Source of the DNA: Chlamydiales bacterium | GTDB lineage: Bacteria; Chlamydiota; Chlamydiia; Chlamydiales; JBDQID01 | Length of the DNA: 64,000 nucleotides | Assembly: GCA_047611865.1 (NCBI GenBank) | Contig: JBLFWS010000001.1 | Coordinates: 46,517-110,516, forward strand | Reading direction: 5' to 3' | In this document: in pieces, positions 18,141-28,593 of the stretch | Layout: every line of letters begins with the position of its first letter | Position numbering within the stretch: the first letter of the stretch is position 1 | Position numbers and translations under genes: made by a program | The notes under the pieces: model-generated | What the model was told of the DNA's origin: nothing | Seen by the model: only the letters and a program-made list of their open reading frames with translations | Database searches by the model: none

Positions 18141-18232
18141 TATTTCTTTAGGATGCTATTCTTTTTTGAAATTATTCTTTGAAAACCAACAGGATGTCCA
18201 ATCAGGAGCGCCCCCTATCTTGCTATCATCGG

Positions 18233-19219
18233 CTATTGCTCGCCAGGCCAAAACTCTTCAATAATCTTGTAAACTTCAGCCCTTGTTTCGACCTTCGTTA
18301 TCGCCCTGCGAAAATCTCTAGCTCTTTTGTCTTTTTTGAAATACCAACAGCCAAGCCTTCGGACATCAGTAACAGCCTTTTTTTCACTATAATACTGAAG
18401 TGAGTGTTCAAAGTGCTCAACAAGAGCGTCGCGATATGCCGTTTCAGGGCGAATAAGCTCTTCCATCCCACTAAGTCTGCGATAGACATCTTCTGCTATC
18501 CACGGCTGCCCCAACGTTCCCCTGGAAACCAATATCCCATCACAGTTCGTATGCTCAAAAATTCGTTCAGCTGCCTCTGCATCGAAAATATCTCCATTCC
18601 CGATCACCTTGATGTTTTTCGCAACCTGCTTACATGCTTTTATATGGTCCCAGTTTGCATTCCCTTTATAAGCCTGAGCCCTCGTCCGACCGTGTATTGT
18701 AATCATTTTAGCTCCAGCCTCTTCTGCCACACGAGTGATCTCTTCTGCGTTAATGTGGCCATCATCCCAGCCCGCTCGAATCTTTACTGTTACTGGAATT
18801 TTTACCGCAGCCACCATATTAGCTAAAACTTCCCCAATAAGCTGGGGCGTCTTTAGCATCCCCGATCCACCGCCATCTTTTGTTACTTTATCTACGGGAC
18901 AGCCACAGTTAAGGTCCACAACATCGAAGCCCAGGTCCTCTATAATTTTGGCTGCCTGACCCGCAATTTCTGGTTTACTCCCAACTATTTGCCCCCCAAT
19001 AGGATGCATACCCGATTCATAGTCGAGGAGGTGAAAGGTTGTCGCATCACTACGAACCAACGCGTCCATTTTCACCATTTCGCAAAAAACCAACCCCGGG
19101 TTGTAGCGAGAAGACATTCTGCGAAAAGGCAAATCTGAACACCCCGCAAGGGGCGCGTAAAAGACGTTACTTGGAAGCTCCAGGTCGCCCAATAGAAATG
19201 GTGTTTTCAAGTGACTCAT
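18233..19219 (-). CDS. dusB: tRNA-dihydrouridine synthase B
   Basis: APLAGCSDLPFR, DLNCGCP, VTVKIRAGWD, TIHGRTR, IGNGDI. Confidence 0.92.
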   Translation of the reverse strand: MSHLKTPFLLGDLELPSNVFYAPLAGCSDLPFRRMSSRYNPGLVFCEMVKMDALVRSDATTFHLLDYESGMHPIGGQIVGSKPEIAGQAAKIIEDLGFDVVDLNCGCPVDKVTKDGGGSGMLKTPQLIGEVLANMVAAVKIPVTVKIRAGWDDGHINAEEITRVAEEAGAKMITIHGRTRAQAYKGNANWDHIKACKQVAKNIKVIGNGDIFDAEAAERIFEHTNCDGILVSRGTLGQPWIAEDVYRRLSGMEELIRPETAYRDALVEHFEHSLQYYSEKKAVTDVRRLGCWYFKKDKRARDFRRAITKVETRAEVYKIIEEFWPGEQ

Positions 19220-19470
19220 AGCTGGAAAAGCGCCATGACAATATATTCGAGAATATTCAGGGAAAACAGCGCGACGATCGGGCTTAGGTCAAACATGCCG
19301 AGGGGCGGGATCACCTGTCGAAAGAAATTTAAGTAGGGATCCGTGTACTCGTGTACATAAAGCATAAAGCGGTACTGGTTGATCTCTGGAACCCATGAAG
19401 CCAGGATTCTAACAAAAAGCATCAGCGTAAACATAGAAAATAAAAGATGAATAAGATAAGGGAGAGACAT
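19216..19470 (-). CDS. yggT: YggT family membrane protein
   Basis: RILASW, TDPYLNFFRQVIPPLGMFDLSPIVA. Confidence 0.9.
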   Translation of the reverse strand: MSLPYLIHLLFSMFTLMLFVRILASWVPEINQYRFMLYVHEYTDPYLNFFRQVIPPLGMFDLSPIVALFSLNILEYIVMALFQL

Positions 19471-19825
19471 TCTAACTACTTCTTAAGATATAATTGTTCC
19501 TAAAAAACACACAGCCGAAATTGTAAATATCGCAGCATAAACTAACATAATACTTTCTTCTGGAACATATTGATCTGATTTCACAACCTTAACCTCACAT
19601 TCCCTAAATGACTATAATCTAACATACCACTTCCTTTATTATTTGTCACCAAACACAATTAAAATTATTTATATCATACCTTTAAGTCAAATACAGCTCT
19701 TGCTCATTAATAACATTAGTTTGTTTGATAGAGTAACTAGATTAACCCTTAAAGTGAGTAATTTGTTGAAATTAATACTCAATTAAGATAATATTTTAAA
19801 TTTAACAAAAATTCAAGGCCTGTCC

Positions 19826-21451
19826 GTGGATTATAGAATCTCTGCAGAAAACACCTTGGGTGCCGACATTTACGCTGGAAACGTTAAAACAGCCCTCCTT
19901 TCCTGGAAAAACGGTGCCCCAAAGATAGAAAGCCTACAAGAGTTTCAACAAAATAGCCGTATTTACAATAATGATGATCTCGGCAGCCCCCCCCTTTTCT
20001 CCCAAAATGACTGCGAAGACCCCCTTATAATCACCGCCATTCCCAGTAGATCCGTTCTCGTGCGCCCTCTAAACCTCCAATTAACAGATAGTAAGGACGT
20101 TGACAGCGTCTTGAGGTTTCAGGCCGAGCCGCTGCTACCTTATCCTATAGAAAGTGCCGTTATTGACCACATGGTCCTTAACAGCAACGGCAACTCTATT
20201 TCCCTCACAATTTTCGCTGTTCAAAACGAAGAAATGGGTCGACACGTCGACCATGCCCACTCTTTGGGATTTGACTCTGAAGCCGTATCCAGCACCCCTG
20301 CTGCACTAGCCTCTCTATCCGAATACTTTGCCCCTGGAGAAAACCCTCGTTTTGTCATCCACATGGAAGGAGACTACTCCCTTTGCGCTTTTGTCACAAA
20401 AGGCAAGGTCCTGGCCTCTCACCACCTATCAATCGGACACGACCACTTTATTGACGCTCTAGTAAAAGACAATGACTTATCTCCCGAAAGCGCCCATGGG
20501 CAGCTTGATGGGATTCTTAATAGTCCGGAATTTAACAGTGAAACACAGCCTGGCCTTTATGCCATCAACAGGCAGTTCAATCAAGAGCTGACTAAAATCA
20601 TTAAAGCCCTCAGCCTCCCCGTGGCGCTACCCCCTGAAAAGGAAGCCCTTGTCACCGGAAAGCTCACCCCCGCCCTCTTATCGCAAAGCGAGCTGCCCCC
20701 CCTGTCCCTTCCCGAAAAATACAAAAACTTTGCAATTGCAATAGGCTTGGCGTTAGGGCACCTTCCCAATAACGAAAATCTCTTAAATTTTCGCCAAGAG
20801 AGCTTCGCCTACCAAAACCCTTGGAAGAGGGTAAAGAGAACCCTCGTCACCTTCGGCTTTCTTTGCCTGCTTCTTACCGGGGTCGCTTTTGTCTTTAGCC
20901 AGATGCTCCTTGGGCAACACAAAGTTCAAATAAGCAAAAAATACCTTAGCTCCCTGTCGGCAGTGGGGCAAACATACGAATCCGCGGAAAAACAAATTCC
21001 CAATGGCTCTTCCCTAAAGGTCCCCGAAACCCTCAGAGGCAACGCCCTCTCTAAGAGATTAAAGTTCCTTGAAAAAATGGTCCGCAACCCCTCTGAAACC
21101 TTTCATTTACAGCCCGATACCCCCAGGGTCTGCGACTTTCTTTTTTGGTTAAACAGCCACCCCCTCATAAGCAGCTCTCTAAAAGACGACCCCAATTCTT
21201 TTCACTTAGATCAACTACACTACGTCATGGTCTCGTACCCCCAAGAAAGCAGACCCAGTAGCCCTTACCTTCTAAAGATCGAACTAGACTTCAGAACAAA
21301 TTCTTCCCAGTTTGCCCGAAAGTTCCGAGAATCTCTAATGGAACCCAGTTCTTTTGTTGACTCTCACCGGGATATTTCCTGGAAAGCCGGTGACGGCAAA
21401 TACCAGGCTATATTTTTCATCAAGAACCAAGAGAGAGGGGCCCAATCATGA
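19826..21451 (+). CDS. PilM/GspL-like protein (actin-like cytoplasmic domain, TM helix, periplasmic domain)
   Basis: LGADI N-terminus, LVRPLNL, VLRFQAEPLLPYPIE, AIGLAL...LLNFRQ before the TM helix. Confidence 0.6.
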   Translation: MDYRISAENTLGADIYAGNVKTALLSWKNGAPKIESLQEFQQNSRIYNNDDLGSPPLFSQNDCEDPLIITAIPSRSVLVRPLNLQLTDSKDVDSVLRFQAEPLLPYPIESAVIDHMVLNSNGNSISLTIFAVQNEEMGRHVDHAHSLGFDSEAVSSTPAALASLSEYFAPGENPRFVIHMEGDYSLCAFVTKGKVLASHHLSIGHDHFIDALVKDNDLSPESAHGQLDGILNSPEFNSETQPGLYAINRQFNQELTKIIKALSLPVALPPEKEALVTGKLTPALLSQSELPPLSLPEKYKNFAIAIGLALGHLPNNENLLNFRQESFAYQNPWKRVKRTLVTFGFLCLLLTGVAFVFSQMLLGQHKVQISKKYLSSLSAVGQTYESAEKQIPNGSSLKVPETLRGNALSKRLKFLEKMVRNPSETFHLQPDTPRVCDFLFWLNSHPLISSSLKDDPNSFHLDQLHYVMVSYPQESRPSSPYLLKIELDFRTNSSQFARKFRESLMEPSSFVDSHRDISWKAGDGKYQAIFFIKNQERGAQS

Positions 21452-22068
21452 ACTCTATCCCCCAAAATCGTTTACTGGCCTACTTGTTTGCCCTTGGACT
21501 CATTCCTTTATTGGTGGTTTTCTACATACACCTTTCCGAAAGCTCTGAGCTCTACAAACTCGAACAAAGAATAGATGCCATTCAGCTCACACTGCATCTT
21601 GATGATGGAAAACACTCCCGAAATGCTGCCACACGACTCCAGCACGAAAATTCAGACCCCCTCTTTATAGACTCTGAATTAGAAAGTTTGTCTTTTCTGG
21701 GTGATGAAATTAAAAACCTTAAGGCTATCACCCAAGACCCCTCATTTCCCGACACTCCTGCGATCAAAAAGCGCCTCGACTTCTTAGCTGGACCCAATAA
21801 TCGCCTTGTCTTCACTGAAGATCTTATACAGTCCTCTCCACACAGCAAGGAAACCCTTGAGGTCATGAGGCACCCGGTAGAGGTTGATATTGACGACCTC
21901 TATAAAATTCTTGCAACTGTTGAAAACGTAAGCATAGGTCCTTATAGTCCACAACCCAATAGCCCTCAGCTTATTATCACAGATTTTAAACTAGAGCGAA
22001 AAAAATATCCCAACAAAAATGAAGTTTTCGTTTTAAATATAAAGTTACTCAAAAGAGAGTTTTTATAA
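21448..22068 (+). CDS. Conserved chlamydial bitopic membrane protein (possibly GspM/PilO-like)
   Basis: N-terminal TM helix and coiled coil; start overlaps the previous stop. Confidence 0.45.
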   Translation: MNSIPQNRLLAYLFALGLIPLLVVFYIHLSESSELYKLEQRIDAIQLTLHLDDGKHSRNAATRLQHENSDPLFIDSELESLSFLGDEIKNLKAITQDPSFPDTPAIKKRLDFLAGPNNRLVFTEDLIQSSPHSKETLEVMRHPVEVDIDDLYKILATVENVSIGPYSPQPNSPQLIITDFKLERKKYPNKNEVFVLNIKLLKREFL

Positions 22069-22071
22069 GCC

Positions 22072-23355
22072 ATGCACAGCAAAACCCTTTCTATCCTCAG
22101 GTCTTCCTTTTTCTTTTGTCTATGCGCTTTTTCAGCCCCTGGCTGTTCTTCCCCCCGGCGGGTCGGACCCGGAAATATGTCAAGCATCCACATCATAGAT
22201 CGAAACGGCCTCACTGAAACCGTAAACTCCGGAGAGCGCCTCAAGCAATATGAAAACAAAAACTTTCTGCAACCCCAACCGTTTCAAAAAATCACCCGCT
22301 CCTTTGGCCGCGATTCCGGCGGAAATATCCCCTCACGAATCACAAGCTACCACCCCAACGGACAACTCAAGCAATATCTTGAGGCATTAAATTCCCGAGC
22401 CAACGGTGTTTACCGGGAGTGGTACTCAAGCGGAATAATCAAGCTAGAGGTTTCCGTCATTGGCGGCGTTGCTGATCTCAATACCGCTGCAGAAGAAAGC
22501 TGGCTTTTCGATGGACAGAGTAGCGCTTGGGATGAAGGCGGCAACTTAACTGCCACAATCAACTACCTAAAAGGGGCCCTTCATGGCAGCTCTTTGTACT
22601 ATCATCCCAATGGTCGATTATGGAAAACCATCCCCTATGAAAATAACAAAATTAATGGCAGCTTGTTCACATATCTTGAAGACGGATCCCCTTTATTGAA
22701 GAGTGAGTATCAAAACGGCGTTAGACATGGTGTAACCCAGCGCTTTTGGAACGACGGGCAGCTTTCGGCAGAGGAGTTGCACAACAAGGGCTTTCTTTAT
22801 CAAGCCAAGTACTTCAGCAGCTCTGGGAACCTCATCGCTGAAATAAATGACGGTGATGGACACAGGGTTACCTTCGGAAAAAGTCAGCCATATGAAGTAC
22901 AAGAATTTCACAAAGGCTCCCCCGAAGGATCCGTCGAAGTGTTTAATGAAGACAGCGACATTTCACGGGTTTACCATCTTAAAGACAGCCTTAAACATGG
23001 CGAAGACACCGAATACCACGAGGGCTCTAGCGTCCCCAAAATGACTATTAATTGGCACGCGGGCCTTATACAGGGCATTGCCAAGACCTGGTATAAGAGC
23101 GGCGCCCTTGAAAGCCGAAGAGAGATCAACTCGAACAAAAAAAACGGTCTTTCCACTGCATGGTACATCAACGGATCCGTCATGCTTATTGAGATGTACG
23201 AAAACGATAAGCTTGTAAAAGGTGAGTACTTCAAAAAAGATGAGAGCTCTCCAATATCTCGCGTTGTTGACGGAAGTGGCACTGCGACCCTCTACGATTC
23301 CGGAGGAAGCTTCATACGGCAAATTGCTTATCATGAGGGAAGGCCCTCTGCATGA
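22072..23355 (+). CDS. MORN-variant repeat (YwqK-like) exported protein or lipoprotein
   Basis: Repeated YHPNGQLK / WYSSG / WYKSG beta-hairpin repeats; signal peptide with a Cys (PGC). Confidence 0.75.
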   Translation: MHSKTLSILRSSFFFCLCAFSAPGCSSPRRVGPGNMSSIHIIDRNGLTETVNSGERLKQYENKNFLQPQPFQKITRSFGRDSGGNIPSRITSYHPNGQLKQYLEALNSRANGVYREWYSSGIIKLEVSVIGGVADLNTAAEESWLFDGQSSAWDEGGNLTATINYLKGALHGSSLYYHPNGRLWKTIPYENNKINGSLFTYLEDGSPLLKSEYQNGVRHGVTQRFWNDGQLSAEELHNKGFLYQAKYFSSSGNLIAEINDGDGHRVTFGKSQPYEVQEFHKGSPEGSVEVFNEDSDISRVYHLKDSLKHGEDTEYHEGSSVPKMTINWHAGLIQGIAKTWYKSGALESRREINSNKKNGLSTAWYINGSVMLIEMYENDKLVKGEYFKKDESSPISRVVDGSGTATLYDSGGSFIRQIAYHEGRPSA

Positions 23356-23912
23356 CCCCCGCCCCATCAGTCACAAACCAAAAAGCCTCTATCCGAGAAG
23401 TTTTGAGGTCAATCCGAGAAAACATTTCACCCCTCGAAAGAGAAAGGGCTGCCCTTCATCTATTTGAAGCTCTAAGGCGCATAACAAACAAATACTCCCT
23501 TGTTTTGTCCTATGCCAGCTTTTCCTCCGAAATAGACACCTGGCCCCTTAACTACCACCTCGCCACCAAAGAACGACTTCTCCTCCCCCAGCTCCAGGGT
23601 GACAAGATACGGATTTTTAAAGTTACGGATATCGACAATCAATTAAAAACATCCCCGTATGGTATTATGGAGCCAATTCCCGAGCTCTGTGCCGAAGTCT
23701 CCCTCTCCACGATTCCCTTTGCCATCATTCCCGGACTTGGCTTTGATTCCCAAAATAATCGTCTCGGCTACGGAAAAGGCTGTTATGACCGCATCCTTTG
23801 CAAGATGCCCGCCTGCCTCACCTGTGGCACAGGCTTTACTCAACAACTTGTAGGCTCTCTACTCCCCACTACAAAAAAAGACATTCCCTTAAAAGGCTGC
23901 CGTCTTTTCTAA
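23352..23912 (+). CDS. ygfA: 5-formyltetrahydrofolate cyclo-ligase
   Basis: YGIMEP, IIPGLGFD...RLGYGKGCYDR. Confidence 0.92.
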   Translation: MTPAPSVTNQKASIREVLRSIRENISPLERERAALHLFEALRRITNKYSLVLSYASFSSEIDTWPLNYHLATKERLLLPQLQGDKIRIFKVTDIDNQLKTSPYGIMEPIPELCAEVSLSTIPFAIIPGLGFDSQNNRLGYGKGCYDRILCKMPACLTCGTGFTQQLVGSLLPTTKKDIPLKGCRLF

Positions 23913-24031
23913 ATAACTTAATATAGCAGTACTAATTTGTACTATTACTCCCCTGACATTCCCCTTGACGACAACGCATAAAAGCGTAAATATCATGCTT
24001 TTTTCAACTGTACTTATAAAGGAGTAGTCGG

Positions 24032-25108
24032 ATGTCCAGCAAGGAAAATTCCTCTAGGAAACAAGCTCTAGATGCTGCAGTAGCTCTTATCAAAAAGCAA
24101 TTCGGCGAAGGTGCCATAATGTCCATGGGCGCAGGTGCCGCCACTCAACACGTCGAGGTTATCAAAACAGGGGCCATTTCCCTGGACATCGCCTTGGGAA
24201 TTGGCGGTGTTCCACGTGGTCGCGTCGTAGAAATTTACGGTCCTGAATCATCTGGAAAATCCACCCTCGCAACTCACATTGTTGCCAGTGCGCAAAAAAA
24301 TGGAGGCCTTGCCGCCTACATCGATGCAGAACATGCGTTGGATGCAAAATATGCCGCTCAAATTGGCGTCAACCTTGATGATCTATTGATTTCACAACCC
24401 GATTGTGGAGAGGAAGCTTTAAATATCGCTGAAATGCTCGCGCGTTCCAATGCGGTTGACGTTATTGTAATCGACTCTGTTGCAGCACTCGTTCCCAAAA
24501 ATGAGCTCGAAGGCGAAATAGGCGATACTCACATGGGCTTGCAGGCTCGCATGATGTCACAGGCTCTTAGAAAGCTTACTGCCACACTGGCCAAATCCAA
24601 AACCTGTGCTGTTTTCATCAACCAGATTCGTGAAAAAATTGGTGTCGTATTTGGCAACCCTGAAACCACAACCGGCGGAAGAGCTTTAAAATTCTACTCT
24701 TCAGTTCGCCTGGATATTCGCCGAATCGGCAGCATCAAGGGAGCTGAAAACCGTGATGTCGGGAACCGCGTAAAAGTAAAAGTCGCTAAAAATAAAATGG
24801 CCGCTCCTTTTCAAATAGCTGAATTTGACATCATGTTTGGAGAGGGCATTTCCCACACCGGATCCATCATTGATGTAGGAGTAGAACAAAACATCATCGA
24901 CAAAAAGGGCGCTTGGTTTAGCTACAAAACAACTCGCCTGGGGCAGGGAAGGGAAGCGGTAAAAGAAGAGCTAAAGAAAAACCCTGCTCTTTTCGCTCAA
25001 ATCGAAGCTGATATTCTGGAAAAGTTCCCTCTCCTTTCTTCAAAGAAAGAAAAGGCCCCAGAAAAAGAACGCATCAAAGAACTCAACAAAGTGCTTGCCG
25101 GCGTATAA
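24032..25108 (+). CDS. recA: Recombinase RecA
   Basis: [36 protein letters not shown]. Confidence 0.99.
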   Translation: MSSKENSSRKQALDAAVALIKKQFGEGAIMSMGAGAATQHVEVIKTGAISLDIALGIGGVPRGRVVEIYGPESSGKSTLATHIVASAQKNGGLAAYIDAEHALDAKYAAQIGVNLDDLLISQPDCGEEALNIAEMLARSNAVDVIVIDSVAALVPKNELEGEIGDTHMGLQARMMSQALRKLTATLAKSKTCAVFINQIREKIGVVFGNPETTTGGRALKFYSSVRLDIRRIGSIKGAENRDVGNRVKVKVAKNKMAAPFQIAEFDIMFGEGISHTGSIIDVGVEQNIIDKKGAWFSYKTTRLGQGREAVKEELKKNPALFAQIEADILEKFPLLSSKKEKAPEKERIKELNKVLAGV

Positions 25109-25119
25109 AAAAACATTCC

Positions 25120-25156
25120 GCACCGGGTCGAAACGAAGATCGTCGCGGCCCGGTGC
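25120..25156. terminator. GC-rich hairpin between convergent recA and ispA
   Basis: GCACCGGGTCG...CGGCCCGGTGC stem (one G-U pair) with inner ACGA/TCGT. Confidence 0.55.
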
Positions 25157-25175
25157 CTGTCTCAAGAATCGAGCA

Positions 25176-26075
25176 CTAGACCTGTTTTGCCTCATGCTCT
25201 TCTGCGGCTTTAGAAAGCCCGGAGACAAGTTCCTGAAACCCCCCCTCGAGTAGACCCAGTCCACTCAGGCTCTCCTTAAGAAAAGAAAGCTCCTCCTGAA
25301 GCACCTTTAAAGCTTTTTCAAAGCCAGCAACTACAACAAAATTTGTTTTACAGCCTCGGCTAGTGTCCTGCTCAACATCTCCAAAATCGTCTGCTATTTG
25401 AAATGCCATACCGAAATGCCACGCAGCCCTTTTAACCTCCTCGATTCGATCAATGCGTCCGCCCCCAAAAAGCCATCCAAGAACAAAGGATAATTCAAAA
25501 AGAGCAACCGTTTTGGCTCGTATGACCCGCCGTAATGTCTCAAGGGTCTGATCTGGCGGATAGATGTCTAGAAACTGCCCTCCGGTAGCCCCCGCAATAC
25601 CTGTATTGTAGGTCACGTTTTCCAAAGCGCGCATACAGATCTCATCACCCGAACCAGACAAAAAGTTATCGGGATTGTCACTTCGGGCGTGGGCATTTTT
25701 ATAAATACATCGATATCCAGCTGAAATTAAGGCGTAGCTGGCCAATAGAGCCACTGCCTCGCCATATACCTTGTGGAGAGAGGGCTTACCCCTCCTCATG
25801 TCGTCGTTGTCCATACAGGGCAAATCATCGGCTATTAAAGAAGCCGTATGAAAATATTCTGCTGCAAGAGCGACATTTGTAACATCTGTTTTTTGATCTA
25901 AGGCCTTTGCCACCATAAAAACAATAATAGGTCTCAGTCGCTTACCTCCATTGAGGAGTGCATACTCGCAAGCATCGCGAAGCTTGCTTTTCTCTCCAAT
26001 TTGAGGAATGCTTTCAGCAATAGCCTTTTCGGCATACTCTAAAAAGTCTGCGAGCTGTGTATTTTGAAGTGTCAT
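25176..26075 (-). CDS. ispA: Geranylgeranyl/farnesyl diphosphate synthase
   Basis: GGKRLRP, SLIADDLPCMDNDDMRRGKPS, GGQFLD, FQIADD. Confidence 0.93.
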   Translation of the reverse strand: MTLQNTQLADFLEYAEKAIAESIPQIGEKSKLRDACEYALLNGGKRLRPIIVFMVAKALDQKTDVTNVALAAEYFHTASLIADDLPCMDNDDMRRGKPSLHKVYGEAVALLASYALISAGYRCIYKNAHARSDNPDNFLSGSGDEICMRALENVTYNTGIAGATGGQFLDIYPPDQTLETLRRVIRAKTVALFELSFVLGWLFGGGRIDRIEEVKRAAWHFGMAFQIADDFGDVEQDTSRGCKTNFVVVAGFEKALKVLQEELSFLKESLSGLGLLEGGFQELVSGLSKAAEEHEAKQV

Positions 26076-26248
26076 GTTTTATAACCGTGTAATGTAGTTA
26101 AAAGCGACCCTGCCCTTAAAGAAAATGAAAATAAGGCTGTCGATATGATAGCCCATATCAAAATGAGGGAGCGTTAGACAATTCTGTCTAGTTAACAGAA
26201 AGAAGATTAACAAAAAAAGAACACAAACGTCAAGTTCTCATAATCAAA

Positions 26249-26947
26249 TTACTTTAATGCCTTGCTCGTCTCTGAAATCTCGGCTTTATGCGAAGGCCGA
26301 ATAGTGTGGTCACTTGGAATAAAGCCTCCAAAAGTCGTACAGGGATAACAAAGTACTCTTTTTCCAAGTAGGGTACCAGGATTCGTAACAGAGTTACAGC
26401 CAAGTTGAACGTTGTCTCCTAAAATCGCAGCAAACTTCCTGAGCCCCGTAGAAATTTTTTTTCCCTGAAACTGAACAACAATGCTTTGGTTATCTAATTT
26501 AAGATTTGCACATTTTGTCCCCGCTCCTAAATTTACTTGATTACCTAAAATACAGTCCCCAACGTAGGCGAAGTGGGCCGCTTGTGCTTTGTTGAGAAAA
26601 ATAGCATTTTTTACTTCCGTCGCATGACCAATTACGCACTGGTCTCCAGTCACAACATTTCCACGTATATAGGCGCCATGTCGAATGCTAGAGTTTTTTC
26701 CAATTATACAGGGGCCTTTAATATAGGCTGTAGGTTCGATTACAGTTCCCTTTCCAATAGAGATTAATTCAGGGTTTACGAGATGAACGCCTTCGGGAAT
26801 ATCAACTTCAATATTTCCAAGGTCGTAGGCTTCTAAGTATGTGCTAATATTTGAAAGGGCTTCCCAAGGATAAGTGCAATTTTCAAAAATCTTTGCATGT
26901 TGAAACTCATTAAGATCAAAAAAGTAGGAAGGTGAAAGTTCATTCAT
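26249..26947 (-). CDS. GlmU-like hexapeptide-repeat acetyltransferase (acetyltransferase domain only)
   Basis: AYIKGPCIIG, IGHATEVKN, AAHFAYVGDCILG, NLGAGTKCAN, TGLRKF. Confidence 0.85.
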   Translation of the reverse strand: MNELSPSYFFDLNEFQHAKIFENCTYPWEALSNISTYLEAYDLGNIEVDIPEGVHLVNPELISIGKGTVIEPTAYIKGPCIIGKNSSIRHGAYIRGNVVTGDQCVIGHATEVKNAIFLNKAQAAHFAYVGDCILGNQVNLGAGTKCANLKLDNQSIVVQFQGKKISTGLRKFAAILGDNVQLGCNSVTNPGTLLGKRVLCYPCTTFGGFIPSDHTIRPSHKAEISETSKALK

Positions 26948-26977
26948 GGGGGGGGGCTCCTTAAAATTTTCATGTTC

Positions 26978-27238
26978 TTACGAACATTATCAACAATGTT
27001 CCTTTAAAGAGGAATATAGAAAGATATTTTCTTCTTCTTCTTCAGAGGCTGTGGAGATGTTGATAAGTGTACATTTATACGTTAGCTAATAGGCTGTTCA
27101 TAATTTGTCAGTAGTAGGTTAATAAGTTCTGAGTTTTGAACAAATTATAGGTTATGAACAAATATTGTACCCATGAGTTGACAGGTTTGTGAACAAATAA
27201 ACAGAACATTTTTGTTGAGAAAACGCGATTGTGGAAAT
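26978..27238. promoter_or_regulatory. Putative replication origin, left half (degenerate DnaA boxes plus an unwinding module pointing left)
   Basis: TTATCAACA 26987, TGTTGATAA 27058, TGTTCATAA 27095, TTATGAACA 27152, TTGTGAACA 27187. Minus-strand module TTATCAACA-TCTCCACA-GCCTCT-(GAA)5 at 27029-27066. Lies at the GC-skew switch. Confidence 0.65.
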
Positions 27239-27267
27239 GAAAATATAGTGAAAAATAGAAAGAACAG

Positions 27268-27290
27268 CCTAGCCATAAAGATGGCTAAGG
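27268..27290 (-). terminator. Probable intrinsic terminator downstream of fliE
   Basis: TAGCCAT-AAAG-ATGGCTA hairpin followed by T-rich sequence on the minus strand. Confidence 0.45.
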
Positions 27291-27332
27291 AAAGAATGTA
27301 AACCCAAATATTTACAGACCAATCCTAAGTTA

Positions 27333-27692
27333 TTAGGATCCACGACTTATTTGTTCAAAGCTCTTAACGAGTTGTCCACGGATCTGCATCATCAAATCAA
27401 AGGCAGATTTTGCCTCATCCATAGCCATAACGACTTCATGAATATTTTCTGTTTCTCCAGCAACAAATCTCTGAATCTGTGCATCAGAATCATGTTGTAA
27501 AGTATTCACTTCATCAAGATACCGGGAGAGAACATCCTTAAAAGTATGAGTATTCTCTAGGTTCGCCGATTCTTGAGGTTGAGGAACATTTATCTGAAGA
27601 TCAGCACCTTTAACAAAAATTGAAGGATTTTGAAGTTTACTAGCTCGAACAGGTAAGCCTGAATTAACTTCGAGAAAACTTGAATCAACCAT
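27333..27692 (-). CDS. fliE: Flagellar hook-basal body protein FliE
   Basis: FKDVL...EVNTLQ...FVAGETENIHEVVMAMDEAK...MQIRGQLV; follows flgC. Confidence 0.88.
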   Translation of the reverse strand: MVDSSFLEVNSGLPVRASKLQNPSIFVKGADLQINVPQPQESANLENTHTFKDVLSRYLDEVNTLQHDSDAQIQRFVAGETENIHEVVMAMDEAKSAFDLMMQIRGQLVKSFEQISRGS

Positions 27693-27706
27693 TATATACC
27701 TCTAAA

Positions 27707-28189
27707 TTAGCCTCTGCCGATGGCAAGAGCTTGGCGGTTCATTTTATAGGACACGGCCATCACAGTTAAGTTAGCCTCGTAGGAAGCTGCCGCTATACGC
27801 AGGTCAGCCATTTCCTGAGAACCACTAACACTGGGATAATACACATAACCCGCATCAACACTACCGGCCTTTCGAGCCGCCGGGTGAGATGGAGCATATA
27901 TTTTTTTTACACTGTTCTTTAGTTCTATCATTTTTTTTACACGAACACCGTTAATAACGTCACCATTAACCCTGTTTTCTCTGAATTTTTCAGATAAGAC
28001 CTTGGCAAAGAGGGGAACTTGTCTTGCATAGGGGACAAAATTGCCGCTTTTATCACGGACTCCCGTATCTAATGTGTGAGAGTTTGCAATGTTATTCGAT
28101 ATTGCATTCATCCACTGACGACTAGACTTAAGACCGGACGCGGCAACCCTTGAAGCTCTAAAGACATCGTTAATGTTTGAAGGATACAT
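27707..28189 (-). CDS. flgC: Flagellar basal-body rod protein FlgC
   Basis: AASGL...MNAISNNIAN, PYARQ, YAPSHPAA, GYVYYPSV, EMADL..A..SYEAN. Confidence 0.92.
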   Translation of the reverse strand: MYPSNINDVFRASRVAASGLKSSRQWMNAISNNIANSHTLDTGVRDKSGNFVPYARQVPLFAKVLSEKFRENRVNGDVINGVRVKKMIELKNSVKKIYAPSHPAARKAGSVDAGYVYYPSVSGSQEMADLRIAAASYEANLTVMAVSYKMNRQALAIGRG

Positions 28190-28190
28190 A

Positions 28191-28559
28191 TTAAGAGCCT
28201 CCCTTAATTGCGGTATTCAGCATTTTTACTTTCTTCGTATAAAGATCTGTGTAGATCTGGTAAAACATGGCATTTTCTTGCATGGAGGCCATTTCCATAT
28301 CAATATCAACATTATTACCGTTATTACGAACAGCTGTATTAGTTGGACGATCAACAAAGCCCCTAATGTTGCGATAATCAGAAGCTTGGCCCTTAGCCAT
28401 TGCCTCACGCAAGGCTTTGGAAAACTTAAATTCTCGTCTGCGATAATTAGGAGTGTTGACGTTAGCTATGTTTTGGGCAGACACCTTATGCTTTGCTGAA
28501 TGTAAATCTAGCATCTTCCCAAGGAGGGTAAAATTTTTGTTACCTATCTTTGTAAGCAT
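28191..28559 (-). CDS. flgB: Flagellar basal-body rod protein FlgB
   Basis: AQNIANVNTPNY, RNNGNNVDIDMEM; start moved to ATG 28559 after an AGGAG RBS. Confidence 0.93.
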   Translation of the reverse strand: MLTKIGNKNFTLLGKMLDLHSAKHKVSAQNIANVNTPNYRRREFKFSKALREAMAKGQASDYRNIRGFVDRPTNTAVRNNGNNVDIDMEMASMQENAMFYQIYTDLYTKKVKMLNTAIKGGS

Positions 28560-28593
28560 AATCTTGCTCCTAGCAGTTTTATATTCTGAAACA

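Noticed and set aside
22072..23355. Antitoxin of a YwqJK toxin-antitoxin module
   Set aside because: The similarity is only to generic MORN-variant repeats; there is no adjacent toxin, and it sits in a core gene string.
24209..24224. parS-like TGTTCCACGTGG in recA, and a similar string at 14340
   Set aside because: The right arm does not match TGTTTCACGTGAAACA, and both lie inside coding sequence.
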